In this document: one piece after another, positions 1-12,107 of the stretch | Layout of the letters: each line of letters begins with the position of its first letter | Numbering within the stretch: the stretch's first letter is position 1 | From: Chiloscyllium plagiosum | Taxonomy: Eukaryota | DNA: 64,000 nt | Assembly (NCBI RefSeq): GCF_004010195.1 | Contig: NC_057728.1 | Coordinates: 42,661,552-42,725,551, forward strand | Direction of reading: 5' to 3' | Made by a program: the position numbers and the translations under genes | The notes under the pieces: model-generated | The model's input: only the letters and a program-made list of their open reading frames with translations | Databases searched by the model: none | Told to the model about the DNA's origin: nothing

Positions 1-170
1 ATTGTACTCTATGCTACTTTCTCCCCACCCCCACCCTCCTCTAGCTTATCTCTCCATTCTTCAGGCTCACAGCCTTTATTCCTGATGAAGGGCTTTTGCC
101 CGAAACGTCGATTTCGCTGCTCCTTGAATGCTGCCTGAACTGCTGTGCTCTTCCAGCACCACTAATCCAG
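1..170 (+). mobile_element. Penelope-like retroelement 3' end / terminal repeat (truncated by window edge)
   Basis: Pyrimidine-rich tract followed by attcctgatgaagggcttttgcccgaaacgtcga...gctgcctgaactgctgtgctcttccag; the same terminus follows a GIY-YIG-like C-terminal ORF in the 52370-52860 copy. Confidence 0.75.
78..113 (+). ncRNA. minimal type I hammerhead ribozyme motif (Penelope-associated)
   Basis: CUGAUGA (82-88), extra A, stem II GGGC-UUUU-GCCC (90-101), GAAAC (102-106), GUC cleavage triplet (107-109); stem I short and imperfect. Confidence 0.65.
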
Positions 171-404
171 AATGTCCCTTTGTCTGCTCACAGCGAGAAA
201 AATACTGGCTATACCCAATCAGCCTATGCTTGCAAAACTTGCAACAGTGTCGAACACTAGATGCGTTTCTGCAATTGGGAAACATTTGCTGGATAATCCT
301 GAATTTGTAAGAAATTATGCTGACAACTAGTTTAGTATAGTCAGTTGGGCATACAGTGTGGTGCACTTGCATCTACTGGTAGCTAAATATATTAATGCAT
401 AAGC

Positions 405-617
405 AAAAAGTGTTGTGCTGGAAAAGCACAGCTGGCCAGGCAACATCTGAGGAGCAAGAGAGTCGATGGTTTGAGCATGAGCTCTTCATCAGGAATGCAT
501 GGTGGAGAGCTCATGCATGAAACACCGACCCTCTGCTCCTCGGATGCTGCCTGACCGGCTGTGCTTTTCCAGCACCACACTTTTTGACTCTGATCTCCAG
601 CATCTGCACTTTCTCCT
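405..617. mobile_element. hairpin of two inverted Penelope-like termini
   Basis: gtgctggaaaagcacagc...gagcatgagctct mirrored by agagctcatgc...gctgtgcttttccagcac; degenerate hammerhead core on - strand. Confidence 0.7.
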
Positions 618-756
618 ATATTAATATATAGGGCCTAATTCAGACAGAAAGAACATGTACAGGCACCTGTTTCAACTGACCAATATAGGTGACAGCTCTC
701 CACTAGTTCATTTCTCAGTGCAATGTATTTGACCAATTTGAGTCAGTCCTGAGCAA

Positions 757-920
757 AAAAAAGCAAATAACTACAGATGCTGGAAATCAGAAGCAAAAAC
801 AGAAAATGCTAGGAAAACTCAGAACTAAACAAGGTTCCTGGACCTGAAATGTCAACTTTGTGTCCCCTTAACAGATGCTGCCAGACCTACTGGGTTTTCC
901 CAGCAATTTCTGTTTTTGAT
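757..920. mobile_element. older inverted-terminus Penelope-like remnant
   Basis: aaaaacagaaaatgctaggaaaactcag ... ctgggttttcccagcaatttctgttttt inverted arms; cagatgctgga motif shared with the other copies. Confidence 0.5.
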
Positions 921-1292
921 TGTGAATCAACACTGCCTGATTTAAAATTTAACGAAGTTTGTCTGTCAATCATGATGAAGAGGTGCCATAAGGGTTGCAT
1001 TCTCCATGGCAACATCTCTACCTATCAGAGTCCATTTACCAGCCAATCAGTACTCTCCTCTCATGGCATAAATGTTAGTTTTACGCTTGAGTTTGTATTC
1101 TTGTGAAATGTCATGATGAGTCCAAGATTTGACAAAATGCATTTTTCAGAAATATTCACAGTCTACTGAATTATGATTTGAAGTGCTGTTTTGTCATTGT
1201 CAATTTTAAATTAGAATCAATTGAAAAAGTATATATTGACTGACAAAAATAATACATTCGTAAACTTATGTGCTAATCACTTTTCACTCCAG

Positions 1293-1412
1293 GCAGGAAC
1301 ATCTTGGGTTACTAACTGTGTCAAATATGATTGCCTGGAAACTGCTGCTGGACTTGTGGTACTTGGCTCGGGAGTTGTTTGCCCACCATTTAATGAGACT
1401 GAATGCATACAG
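1293..1412 (+). CDS. OTOG: otogelin internal exon (Cys-rich C-terminal region), phase 0-0
   Basis: ttttcactccAG | AGTSWVTNCVKYDCLETAAGLVVLGSGVVCPPFNETECIQ | GTttgt; 120 nt; CPPxNETEC motif of the otogelin family. Confidence 0.9.
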
Positions 1413-1684
1413 GTTTGTATATCTGTTGCAGCAAAAATGTATGTCTTTTGCATATTTGATCATTTTGGGTGGGCTGTTCAGCTTTTGCAGTACAGCTTAC
1501 AACTAGTCAGTGGGCTACATATGATTACATATAACTACAAGACCTGCATAACATAAATTAATTATCATATATCTTTACAGAACAAAATGCCACAATATCC
1601 AAAAAAAAAGAACCTAAAGATGGCTTCTAAAAAGTGGCTAGCTGCTGAATATAAATTAGTCATGGTCTGGTCTGCTCCAGACAA

Positions 1685-1880
1685 AAGCAAATCTGCAGAT
1701 GCTGGAATCCAAAGTAGACAGACAGGAGGCTGGAAGAACACAGCAAGCCAGGCAGCATTAGGAAGTGGAGAAGTCAATGTTTTGGGTATAACCCTTCCTC
1801 AGGAGGGTTGTACCCGAAATGTTGACTTCCCCACCTCCTGAAGTTGCCTGCATTCCTGGTATGCTCCAGGCCAGAGCAAT
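1685..1880. mobile_element. hairpin of inverted Penelope-like termini (second subfamily)
   Basis: gaagtcaatgttttgggtataaccct ... agggttgtacccgaaatgttgacttc inverted; related to the 15545-15690 copy. Confidence 0.65.
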
Positions 1881-2358
1881 CTGTCCATTTCCACTGTGGA
1901 GGGTTTGAACACAATTCCCTTGTCCTTCTCTGTGACATCCATGTCTATCATTGCCTAAAATTTGTAAATGTGGAAGGTTCAATATTAGTTGAACTAAATG
2001 AACTTGAATGATGAGGGAATGTTCATTGGCACAAACTGACTGTGGAATCAAAAACACAGTTTTTAAATGTGCAGATAACAGTGGATTTGTGTGAGGTTGG
2101 GATGGGTGTGAGGGTTGAATGGATATATTCAATTCTGAGTAGATTGTACAAGTTAATGAAGAACATTCACATGCTTGCAAAATGGATCATCCATTGACGA
2201 CTTTCTCAACCTGCCATCAATTAAGCCCCCTAAGTGTTCAATTAATAATCACTTAAAAAAGCCTCAAGGTACCACAGGGCATATTATCTGTGTTCTAAGT
2301 AGGTGAGTATGGGGTGTGGCTAGTTTCCTGACTGTAACACCAGAGTGACCTGAGCTAG

Positions 2359-3085
2359 GGGAGGTGTTGGCCTAGTGGTATTATTGATAGACTATTAAGT
2401 CAGAAATTCAGTAATGTTCTGGAGACCTGGGTTCGTAAACCTGCCATGGCAGATGGTGAAATTTAAATTCAATGAATAAAGAAATCTGGAATTAAGAATT
2501 TACTGGTGACCATGAAATCAATTATTGGGGGGGAAACCCATCTGACTCACTGATGTCCATTTAGAATCCCTACAGTGTGGAAACAAGCCATTTGGCCCAG
2601 CAGGTCCACACTGACACTCCAAACAGTATCCCACCCAGACGCATTCCCCTACCCTATTAGTCTACACTTACCCCTGATTAATGTACCTAACCTCCAAATC
2701 CCTGAAAACTATGGGCAATTTAGCATGGCCAATTCACCTAACTTGCACATCTTTGGATTGTGGAAGGAAATTGGAACACCCGGAGGAAACCCACACAGAC
2801 ACGGGGAGAATGTGCAAACTCCACACAGACAGTCGCCCAAGGCTGAATCAAACCTGGGGGCCTAGTGCTCTGAAGCAGCAGTGTTAACCACTGAGCCACC
2901 GTGCCGCCCCAAAAGACAGGAAATCTGTCATCCTACATGTGACTCCAGACCCACTGCAATGTGATTGACTCCCAGGTGCCCTCTGAAATGACTTAGCGAT
3001 CCACTCAGTTCAAGGACAGGCAGGGTTGGGCAATAACTCCTAGCTAGCCAGTGACCCCCATGTCCCACAAATGAATAATAAAAGC
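2359..3085 (+). mobile_element. tRNA-headed SINE (SacSINE1/Deu-like), split by a nested HE1-like SINE
   Basis: A-box-like tggcctagtgg, B-box-like gggttcg; body resumes at about 2918 (aggaaatctg...gtgactccagacccac); tail resembles the 3' end of the LINE at 32278. Confidence 0.65.
2562..2910 (-). mobile_element. HE1-like shark SINE
   Basis: Reverse complement starts ggggcggcacggtggctcagtggttaacactgctg (tRNA-like head); several related copies in the window. Confidence 0.85.
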
Positions 3086-4374
3086 AAAGTTGCCTGCTGG
3101 TTCAGAGGCAGGATATCCTTTTATCTTGAGTCAGAGGCAGGTGGAGTCACAGGCAGGATCAAGGGGTGACCTCTGAAAGCCATCCCCTGCCCTTACTTCT
3201 AACTCCCACCTTCCATTTTCCTGCAACCCCCATCCTTTGAGAAGCAAAAAGAACCCACTGCTCTTTGACTCCCTGATGAATAGATGTTGAAGATAATCTT
3301 TAGCACCCAGAACTGCCTGCTGTTAGGGGAGTTGGCTAGCAGCTTCTGCCAAGGTGGGACTCCAATGATGAGGCATGTGACAGGCCCAGATGATTGTCAA
3401 GAAGTGCTTAATAAGTTTTAAATGTCACCAGTGAATACACCATCCCCACACTTCGACTACAAAATGAAAAATCATGACCATTACACTAAAAAGTCAGTAT
3501 GTAACGCTAAACCTGTATTAAACCTTGCTTAGGCCACTGTTGAGTACTACACTTAGTTCTGATCACAATACTATAAAAAGAAAGATACTGGAGTGGGTGC
3601 ATCAAAGATTTACAAGGATGATATCTAAGATAAGTGGATGAAGAAAGGATTGAGAGCTGATCTCTATTCTCTTGAAATAATAAGTCTGTGGGAACTTAAT
3701 AGAGGTTTTAAAAATTATAAAAGTTTTGATAGAGTTGAAATCTATTGTGAAAGGCATGAGTTGAGGCAACCAGTCTAAGATCATCTTCGTGAGTTTTCTG
3801 TCTGGAAGCAAGTCTTTGACAATGATTTGTCGAACCCAAGGTTACTTTGAGGTTGTTTACCACAGGGAGGGTGAGGAGGCAATCCCTGAGTCTAGCTCAG
3901 CAGGAATAGAAATTGAGTTCCATGCTATTGATATTAATCTGAACTATATGCTCATTGTCTAACTCACAGGCCCCTTCAATACAAGATAGTCACCAAGAAA
4001 CCTAAATGGAAATTCAGAAGAAAGTTTTGTACCCAGAAAGTGTGAGAATGTGGAAATGAAGGAGTGGTTGAAGTGAATTCTAAAGGCATACTTAAGGGGA
4101 AATTGACAAGCTAGACAAACCAGACTTAAGAGTTGAGAGCAGAAAGTTGTGATGATAGATCTAGGTGTGGAAAGACAGGGGACTGCTCAAGTGAAGCATA
4201 AATGCTAGCATGGATTGGTTCGGCTGAATGACCAGATTTTGTACTGTATATCTTGTCCCATCCTATGCAATCCTATTTGAACTTAGTACTTAAACAGATG
4301 AAAGCTTAAAGCATTATCTTCTCTCTCACAGCAATCACTTTTCCTGATTATTTGTCCTTTTTATCTTTCTTCAG

Positions 4375-4420
4375 AAAGGAGGAGTCACAAAGCCTTACAT
4401 GGACGGTTGCTGCAAGACTT
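4375..4420 (+). CDS. OTOG: otogelin internal exon, phase 0-1
   Basis: tttcttcAG | KGGVTKPYMDGCCKT+T | GTAAGT; 46 nt; GCCKTC motif; phase matches the neighbouring exons. Confidence 0.9.
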
Positions 4421-5749
4421 GTAAGTGAGCAAGGCTGCATATTATGCTTGTTTGGCTTTGGTTTCGGATAGCTGTGGTAAAATTGTGAATTGCTGGGAAA
4501 ATGAAGGAGTAAACGACGCATGTAGTGTTTAATCAGTCTGACCGGCAATCCGTTAACATTTTAAACAACAGTTGTGAACGTTTTGTTGCATTGCTTATAT
4601 GGGCTGCAGTATGATAAATGCAGGCTGCTGATATGGATAATCTCTAATTTATTCTGGAGTATAACTGTTCAGTAAAGAAAAGAGGAACAATTTATCCTAA
4701 TTCTCTTTCGAAGTGTAATTTGGGAACACTTTTCAGTGTTGAATAAAGACAGGTTATACATCATCTTAATTCACTTTGAAAATATGAAGTCTTTTGGTAG
4801 CATTCTGAAAGGTAATTGTAAAGTTCAGTGTCTTTTTTTGCTTATCAACTTTAAGTATTTTGACCAAGAAGAGTGCAGACAACACATACAATATCAAGTT
4901 TATTGCTAACCTGTCAGATTCCAACATTCAGTAGCATCTGGCAGCTTTGGAGGCAAATGAAGTTTTCATGATTTCTTCTACCTTTTAAAAATTTTATTCT
5001 TTACTTTGTATGCTTCAATCCTTTTATTTTCATTATTTCTATCCTCTGAATTTGTTTTATTCTTTTTGTCACTATTTTTAGTTTTACACTAATTTCTTCT
5101 TCACATTTCCTTTCAAATACTTCTTTGTCTTGATCAATTTTTAAAAATTTATTTCTGGTAGTAGACCAGCCTCTTGACTGTGTCATTTAATTGGGGATTC
5201 CCACACTGAGAGTACCAATCCCAAGTGTAATTGTCATTCAAAATCTCTTATTTGCCAGTTAAGTGCCTTCTTGAGTCCTAACTATTGGAAAGATTACAGT
5301 TTGAGAAGTATAGTGATAGCAAGGCCAATGACCACCCAAGTTCAATGAAACATAGAGTTCTATAACCCTAAGATAGAAGGGATATAATTTGGAATGGGAT
5401 TTTGTCAAACCAAAGATCTATCCCAAATTACACCACCTGATTTATTGCCTAGGTTAAATGTACAGGTAAGTAATGTATGAGTTCTGAGCAGTTGGTACTG
5501 GTGAAGACTTCAGTGAGATGAGGGTTACAATTTAAATTAACAGTTTAGATATCAAAATTAATTACAAAACAAAAACTACATATATTCAAACGTGGTCACT
5601 TTTAAGTTTAAAAAAGTTTGAGGCCCACTGACAGCATATGTCATACTTGTTGTTGACTGTGTTTAATCCCTTTAAACCAAACTTAAGGACATTTGTAATT
5701 CTATTTATATTTGCCTAATACTGTGAAAAATAATCAGAAGATTCATGCA

Positions 5750-6047
5750 GAATTCCTACAATATTGAAGCATCATCAAGTCCACACTGATACTCCAAACA
5801 GCATTCCACCCAAACCCATCCCAGTAACCCTGCATTTCCCTTGGCTAATCCACATATTCCAGGACACCATTAGCAATTCAGCATGGCCAATCCACCTAAC
5901 CTATACATCATTGGCTTGTGGGAAGAAGCTCACACAGGCACAGGGAGAACATACAAACTCCACATTGACAGTCACCCAAGGCTGGGATCAAACCCAGGTC
6001 CCTGGCACTATGTGGCAGCAGCACTAACCACTGAGCCACTGTGCCCT
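5750..6047 (-). mobile_element. HE1-like SINE, diverged
   Basis: Reverse complement gggcacagtggctcagtggttagtgctgctgcc...; colinear with 2562-2910. Confidence 0.8.
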
Positions 6048-7291
6048 GTTAACCTACAAAACAGTCTCGGGAGAGCAGGCCAACTGGTCTAGGAAGAGAG
6101 GAACATAACAATTGTTTTTTTTAAATTGGAAATAAAATATTGAAATAGTGAGGGCACAATTAGGTTCCCTTTGTTTCATGTTTACATTTCAAGGGTATTT
6201 TTCCTTATTATGTTTTCCATAACTTCTTATTAATTCTATATTCCTAGTTTTATTTTCCTCTCATTTCATATGGTATGTCCTTTAGCTCCTTCTATAAATG
6301 TAACTGTTTTCCAAACAAGGAAAAAAAATCAAACACTCACAAATTTGACAGATATTTAAAGAAAGTGGTATGATATAAAGTAAATGTTCACTTTATATCT
6401 ATAGATTTGAGTATTAAATACATACATATTTTGGATGAATGCACACTGTCCCTCCTCATAAGCTTGATCAGTTTACTTTAAATGTTCTTCAAATACTACA
6501 AATATACATGCTTGAGAGTGATGATAACTGAATAAATGGCATGTAGAATATAACTAATTTATATTAGCAGAAAGAAAAGATTGTGCACAATTCCATAACT
6601 TTATGGTGTTTCCTGAGCTGCAGTGACCAAGTAAATACAGCAATAAAATGGTGTTGCTAGGAACTGAGTCTTCATTCTGTTTGCGTTTAGTCATGAATGG
6701 TCAAAGGTTGTGAATTAGGTCACCTTTAAAATCCATCCTCAGGCTAATAGTGTTACCTATATTATAAGGCACACTAACCAGGTCGACTAATATTTAGTGC
6801 AAAGTAAAACATGAATTTTAAAGGTTGGACATTTGATTGTGGTATTTAAGGTGTGCTTAAAGTAAACTAATATCAAGCAAGGGTGACAGTTTGCGGCCAA
6901 GTGTATTTTAAATTTTCAAGCTCAATAATATGTATATTTCAACAGTAATCCTTTTTAAAGGAAACAGTTCATCGGATCACAAAAACTGTTATACTTCAGA
7001 ATTATATATTTTTTAAACCGATGTGGCTGCAGAGAACGCACCTAAATCCCAATCACCTGCTTACATGTGATTCTTTAGTGTTATTTGATTTATAAAATGC
7101 CATCACTGACTAAAAGCATGTGCACTTGAATGGCCTTTCAGGTTCAACACCAGCTTGTGTTCATATGCATTCCTTTGTGACATGAACATATTCTTATATA
7201 CCAGTTTGATTTAATGCATGCTAGTTATGTAATATTTCAATGTAATATATACTGTTACTTTATATTAAACTGATATTGATAATTCTGCCAG

Positions 7292-7363
7292 GTTCTGGAT
7301 TGGGTTTATTACCTTTTACCATTAGTCCAGTAGTCCCAACTGGTAGTACTAACTGTGACACAG
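7292..7363 (+). CDS. OTOG: candidate otogelin cassette exon, 72 nt, phase 1-1
   Basis: ctgccAG | (C)SGLGLLPFTISPVVPTGSTNCDT(G) | CAG/GTact; open, frame-preserving and matching the phase-1 host intron; TGCATG on both sides. Confidence 0.6.
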
Positions 7364-8522
7364 GTACTATTCCCATTATGTATTTTCTTTGTAATATCAG
7401 TATTTTTCAAGAACAAATGTGCAATAAATCTATAAAATGTGAAGTGCATGGTATAAGAATTATTAATTTCAAGCACAGAATGTGTTTTATGTGTTAAGTA
7501 TATTGATATAGAACCTACAGCACAGAAACAGGCTCGTCAATCTGACTGCCCCCAACCAGCATTTACAGTTCACATATGCTTCCTCCCACTCTAATTATCT
7601 GTCATATCTTGTCACCATTCTCCCTCATGTATGCAGCAACCCTGGGCTTGAACGCATCAAAGTTGTGCACTTCAAATCATGTGATGGTGAGTTCCAGATT
7701 CTTACCACACTCACTGGCAAGAAACTCCTCCAAATTTCTTTCGTTGATGTATTTATGCCCCTATGTTCAAGACTCAGTAGCCAGTGAACACTTTGCCCAT
7801 GTCCACCCTATCATCTTCATGTTCTTCCTTCTTCCTTTGTTTTGTAGCCTTGCATTTGCCATGAGCTGCTTGCGTGGTGCCTTTTATAAAGTGCCAATGT
7901 GTCTTAGGGATAATGAAAAAATAACAGTGCAGATTTTCTCTTTGTTTTTAAGTATTAAGCTTGCTTAGGTCAAATGTAAACTGAGTGGGAGGCTTTACAT
8001 GTTTGCAACAGAGCCTGATTGATTTTTTTTTTTATCTGTGCTGTATGACTCTATCACTCCATGCAGTTAAATTAATGATGGAATTTCAGGTTCTGCAATT
8101 GTCTCAACTCAATTTACCTCTATATTTTCGATTTTAAGAACAGAATTAACTCAATGGCAGCATTGTGCTTATCATTCCTTATTTCTCAATCACCCTGTCA
8201 GGGGAAGTAACAAATGTTCCCTTGTTTCCTTTTCTATTACCCAAACATGCACTTTGGAGGAAAGCACCATTATCCTGCCATCACTTCTCCAGATACATTC
8301 CTTTTATATGGAAGTTGTGATAAATATAGAATTCAAACTTGCTTTAGTATCTGAATTGTCTTTTCTTCTAGTAACTTTAAGATTGCTGAATTTCCAGGTC
8401 ACCATTTTACTGAGTGTTCAATCTATGTAATAGGTTGCCTAAGGAGGTGTTGGAAATAGATGGTGTGGATGTCACAATGCTAACAATTACACAAATGAAA
8501 ATTAAATACATTTTAAGGAACT

Positions 8523-9983
8523 GTGCATGAGCCTCTTACTGAGATATTTGTATCATCGATAGTCACAGGTGTGGTGCTGAAAGACTTGAGGTTGGCTAAC
8601 GTGCCATTGTTTAAGAAAGGTGGTCAGGACAAGCCAGGGAACTATATACCAGTGAGCCTAACGTCGGTGGTGGGCAAGTTGTTGGAGGGAATCCTGAGGG
8701 ACAAGATGCACATGTATTTGGAAAGGCAAGGATTGATTAGGGATAGTCAACATGGTTTTATGCGTGGGAAATCATGTCTCACAAATGTGATTGAGCTTTT
8801 TGAAGAAGTAACAAAGCGGATTGATGAGGGCAGACCTTGGATGTGATCTATATGGATTCCAGTAAGGCATTCGACAAGGTTCCCCATGGGAGACTGGTGA
8901 GCAAGGTTAGATGTCATGGAATACAGGGAGAATTCGCCATTTGGATACAGAACTGGCTCAAAGGTAGAAGACAGAGGGTGGTGGAAGGTTGTTTTTCAGA
9001 CTGGAGGCCTGTGACCAGTGGAGTGCCACAAGGATCGGTGCTGGGTCCACTACTTTTCATTATTTATATAAATGAATTGGATACGAGCATAAGAGGTATA
9101 GTTAGTAAGTTTGCTGATGACACTAAAATTGGAGGTGTAGTGGACAGCGAAGAAGGTTACCTCAGATTAGATCTTGATCGGATGGCCAATGGACTGAGAA
9201 GTGGCAGATGGAGTTTAATTTAGATAAATGTGAGGTGCTGCATTTTGGGAAAGCAAATCTTAGCAGGACTTAAACACTTAATGTTAAGGTCCCAGGGAAT
9301 GTTGCAGAACAAAAAGACCTTGAAGTGCAGGTTCATAGCTCCTTGAAAGTGGAGTCGCAGGTAGATAGGAACGTGAAGAAGGCATTTGGTATGCTTTCCT
9401 CTATTGGTCATGGTATTGAGCACAGGAGTTGGGAGGTCATGTTGCAGCTATACAGGACATTGGTTATCAGAAAGATGTTGTGAAACGTGAAAGGGTTCAG
9501 AAAAAGTTTACAAGGATGTTGCCAGAGTTGGAGGATTTGAGCTATTGGGAGAGGTTGAATAGTTTAGGGCTGTTTTCCCTGGAGCATTGGAGGCTGTGGG
9601 GTGACCTTATAGAAGTTTATAAAATCTTGCGGGACACAGATAGGATAAATAGACAAAGTCTTTTCCCTGGGGTGGGGGAGTCCAAAACTAGAGGGCATAG
9701 GTTTAGGGTGAGAGGGGAAAGATATAAAACAGAGCTAAAGGGCAACTTTTTCACTCAGAGAGTGGTACGTGTATGGAATGAGCTGCCAGAGGAAGTGGTG
9801 GAGGCTAGTACAATTGCAATATTTAAAAGGCAGCTGGATGGGAATATGAATAGGAAGGGTTTGGAGGGATATGGGCCGGGTATTGGCAGGTGGGACTAGA
9901 TTGGGTTGGGATATCTGGTCGGATGAGTTGGACTGAAGGGTCTGTCTCCATGCTGTACATCTCTATGACTCGATGACTATATG
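8523..9983 (+). mobile_element. CR1-clade LINE, 5'-truncated, RT domain and 3' tail, frameshifted
   Basis: [50 protein letters not shown]; ends in (ctatga)-type tail. Confidence 0.95.
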
Positions 9984-10410
9984 AGTAATCTGATAATTTC
10001 ATGTGGTCAATGTAGAATGGTTGGGCGAAAGTGGTGGTCTTTGATCTATGCTTCCCAGAACTTTCTATCATAGGGGTTTTATTCACCTCATGCCTGGGTT
10101 TTTTGGAAAGCAATTTGTACAGAATTGATTGCTACAATTACTCAACCACTCCAATACACCTTGATTATGGTTCTATTACATGTCTACCAAGATGTCAAAA
10201 GGTGTATAAGATGACTGTAGACACCTATTGCTATGCCCCTACAGAGTCAAATTTTGTGACTGGGCAACATTATGATGGATGGACTTAAATGTGTGAGGTG
10301 TGAGAGTTTGTATTCAAGATGGACAAATCAAAGTATTTTTACTGAGATTGAAGATTAGACTTTGTGGAGCAGTAGAGGGAATTGTCCATGTACCCAAATT
10401 GCCAAAAGCT

Positions 10411-10460
10411 TACACCCCACACCCCACACCCCACACCCCACACCCCACACCCCACACACA
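10411..10460. repeat. (ACACCCC)n microsatellite
   Basis: About six tandem acacccc units. Confidence 0.9.
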
Positions 10461-11661
10461 CAACATCATCAAAAAGGTTAATGGAATAATGGTGTTTGTT
10501 GCCAACTGGCTGAAATGTATAGGGCTGGATGTTATGTTATAATTATATGCAACTCTGGTGAGACTGCATTTGTGCATTAATCTCTGAGGTTATATTTGGA
10601 GACTCACCACAACAATACTGTGGTTAAAAGGATTTAACTATCAGGTCAGGTTCCATAGATTGGACATTAGTTCTCTTGAGTTTGGAATACTCATTTAGGT
10701 GTTTAAGATGATTAAATTAGGTAAAAAGAGTAGATAGGAAAAAACTTCTTCCGCTGATGTGAGTTGAGAATAAGACCCATATTATTCAAGGGTAATGCAG
10801 GAAAGAATCCTTTACATGTAGGGTAGTAGAAATCTAGAGACTCCTGCCTGAGAAACCTTTTGACGCTCTGACTTTTGAAAATTTAGGAACTGAAATTGAT
10901 AGTTTTTTTCAGCAAAGCTGACAAGGTTTACAAAGTCATTTTGGGTAGATGGAGTTCAGACATGGATGAGCTCAGGTATGAAAGGTTAAAAGGTCAACTC
11001 TTGTCCCTTTCTGGTAGGATGGAATTTAAAGATAAAACCAATTGTGATTTGGATTACAATTATTTGCTTTCATACAATTATGAATGTAGGAAACATTCTG
11101 AAATTACACATTTTGTTGCAGCATAATGTAAGATAAATTATGCAAAAACGAATGGAAAAAAGATGTATTTTTTTAGTCTCTGGAAAGAAAAGTAAGAAAT
11201 ACTTGAACTTGTACAGCACCTTATATTTGTATGCCTCAAAGCAGTTGATAAACAATTACCATCTTGGAAGCATATAGATCCATCACTTTACTACAACTCC
11301 ATCATATGAAATGATTTTGAATATGCAAAATGAACAGACAAAAAAAACTGTTCAATAGCATTTGTAACTAAAATAACTGTAAAATAACAACATAAAGCAT
11401 GAAGTTACAATGCTTATCATTACTGTTGCTATATAATTTAACCTCTAAGACTTAAACATTTGTAGTTATCAATGGATACACAACTTTATGCTTTTGTTTA
11501 TATTCTTGCTTTACTGGGTACTGAACTAAGTCAACTAAAATTACACTTTTTACTGAATTAGTCTTAATATTTATTTAGTATCATGTTCATATTTGCCTGC
11601 AATGATGTGTAAAGAATTGTTGCTAATATGTCAGACTATTAATGTGTCTATTTATTATCAG

Positions 11662-11741
11662 GCAAAGAAGATACAAGGCCTTGCCGGAAGTTAGATGTTA
11701 AAATGATCATAAGAAAAGATGACTGCCGCACAACTGGCGCT
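11662..11741 (+). CDS. OTOG: otogelin penultimate exon (start of cystine knot), phase 1-0
   Basis: ttatcAG | (C)KEDTRPCRKLDVKMIIRKDDCRTTGA | GTATGT; 80 nt. Confidence 0.92.
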
Positions 11742-11906
11742 GTATGTATAATTCTATCTTAGTTCCAGTTTTGCCATTGCTGCTTAAAACAAAAGTGTAA
11801 TATTAGAGTGCAATTGTTAATATTGTTACAATCAGTTTTATTGCAGAGAAAATATCACTTGTGAATTAAATATGCAGAATTGTTCACGATTCTTAATTCT
11901 TTCCAG

Positions 11907-12107
11907 GTCATTGTAGCTTCTTGTGATGGCAGGTGCCCATCTGCTATGATATTCAACTCTAATGTCAACAACTATGCAAGATTCTGCAAATGTTGTCGAG
12001 AAGTTGAGCTCACAGTACAGACTGTACCACTTTTCTGTGCTGGAAATGCAACATGGATTGATTTTACATTTCAAGAACCAACAGACTGTTCCTGTCAATG
12101 GAATTAA
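11907..12107 (+). CDS. OTOG: otogelin last coding exon, C-terminal cystine knot
   Basis: ctttccAG | [66 protein letters not shown]; as I recall them, [14 protein letters not shown] and QEPTDC fit OTOG better than OTOGL. Confidence 0.88.
   Translation, partial: VIVASCDGRCPSAMIFNSNVNNYARFCKCCREVELTVQTVPLFCAGNATWIDFTFQEPTDCSCQWN

Noticed and set aside
8523..9899. Reverse-transcriptase ORFs as host or active genes (also 55755-57953 and 32877-33344)
   Set aside because: Fragmented by stops and frameshifts; disabled LINE copies
11907..12107. Assignment as OTOGL, VWF or a gel-forming mucin
   Set aside because: Recalled diagnostic residues ([26 protein letters not shown]) fit OTOG better; not confirmed by a search
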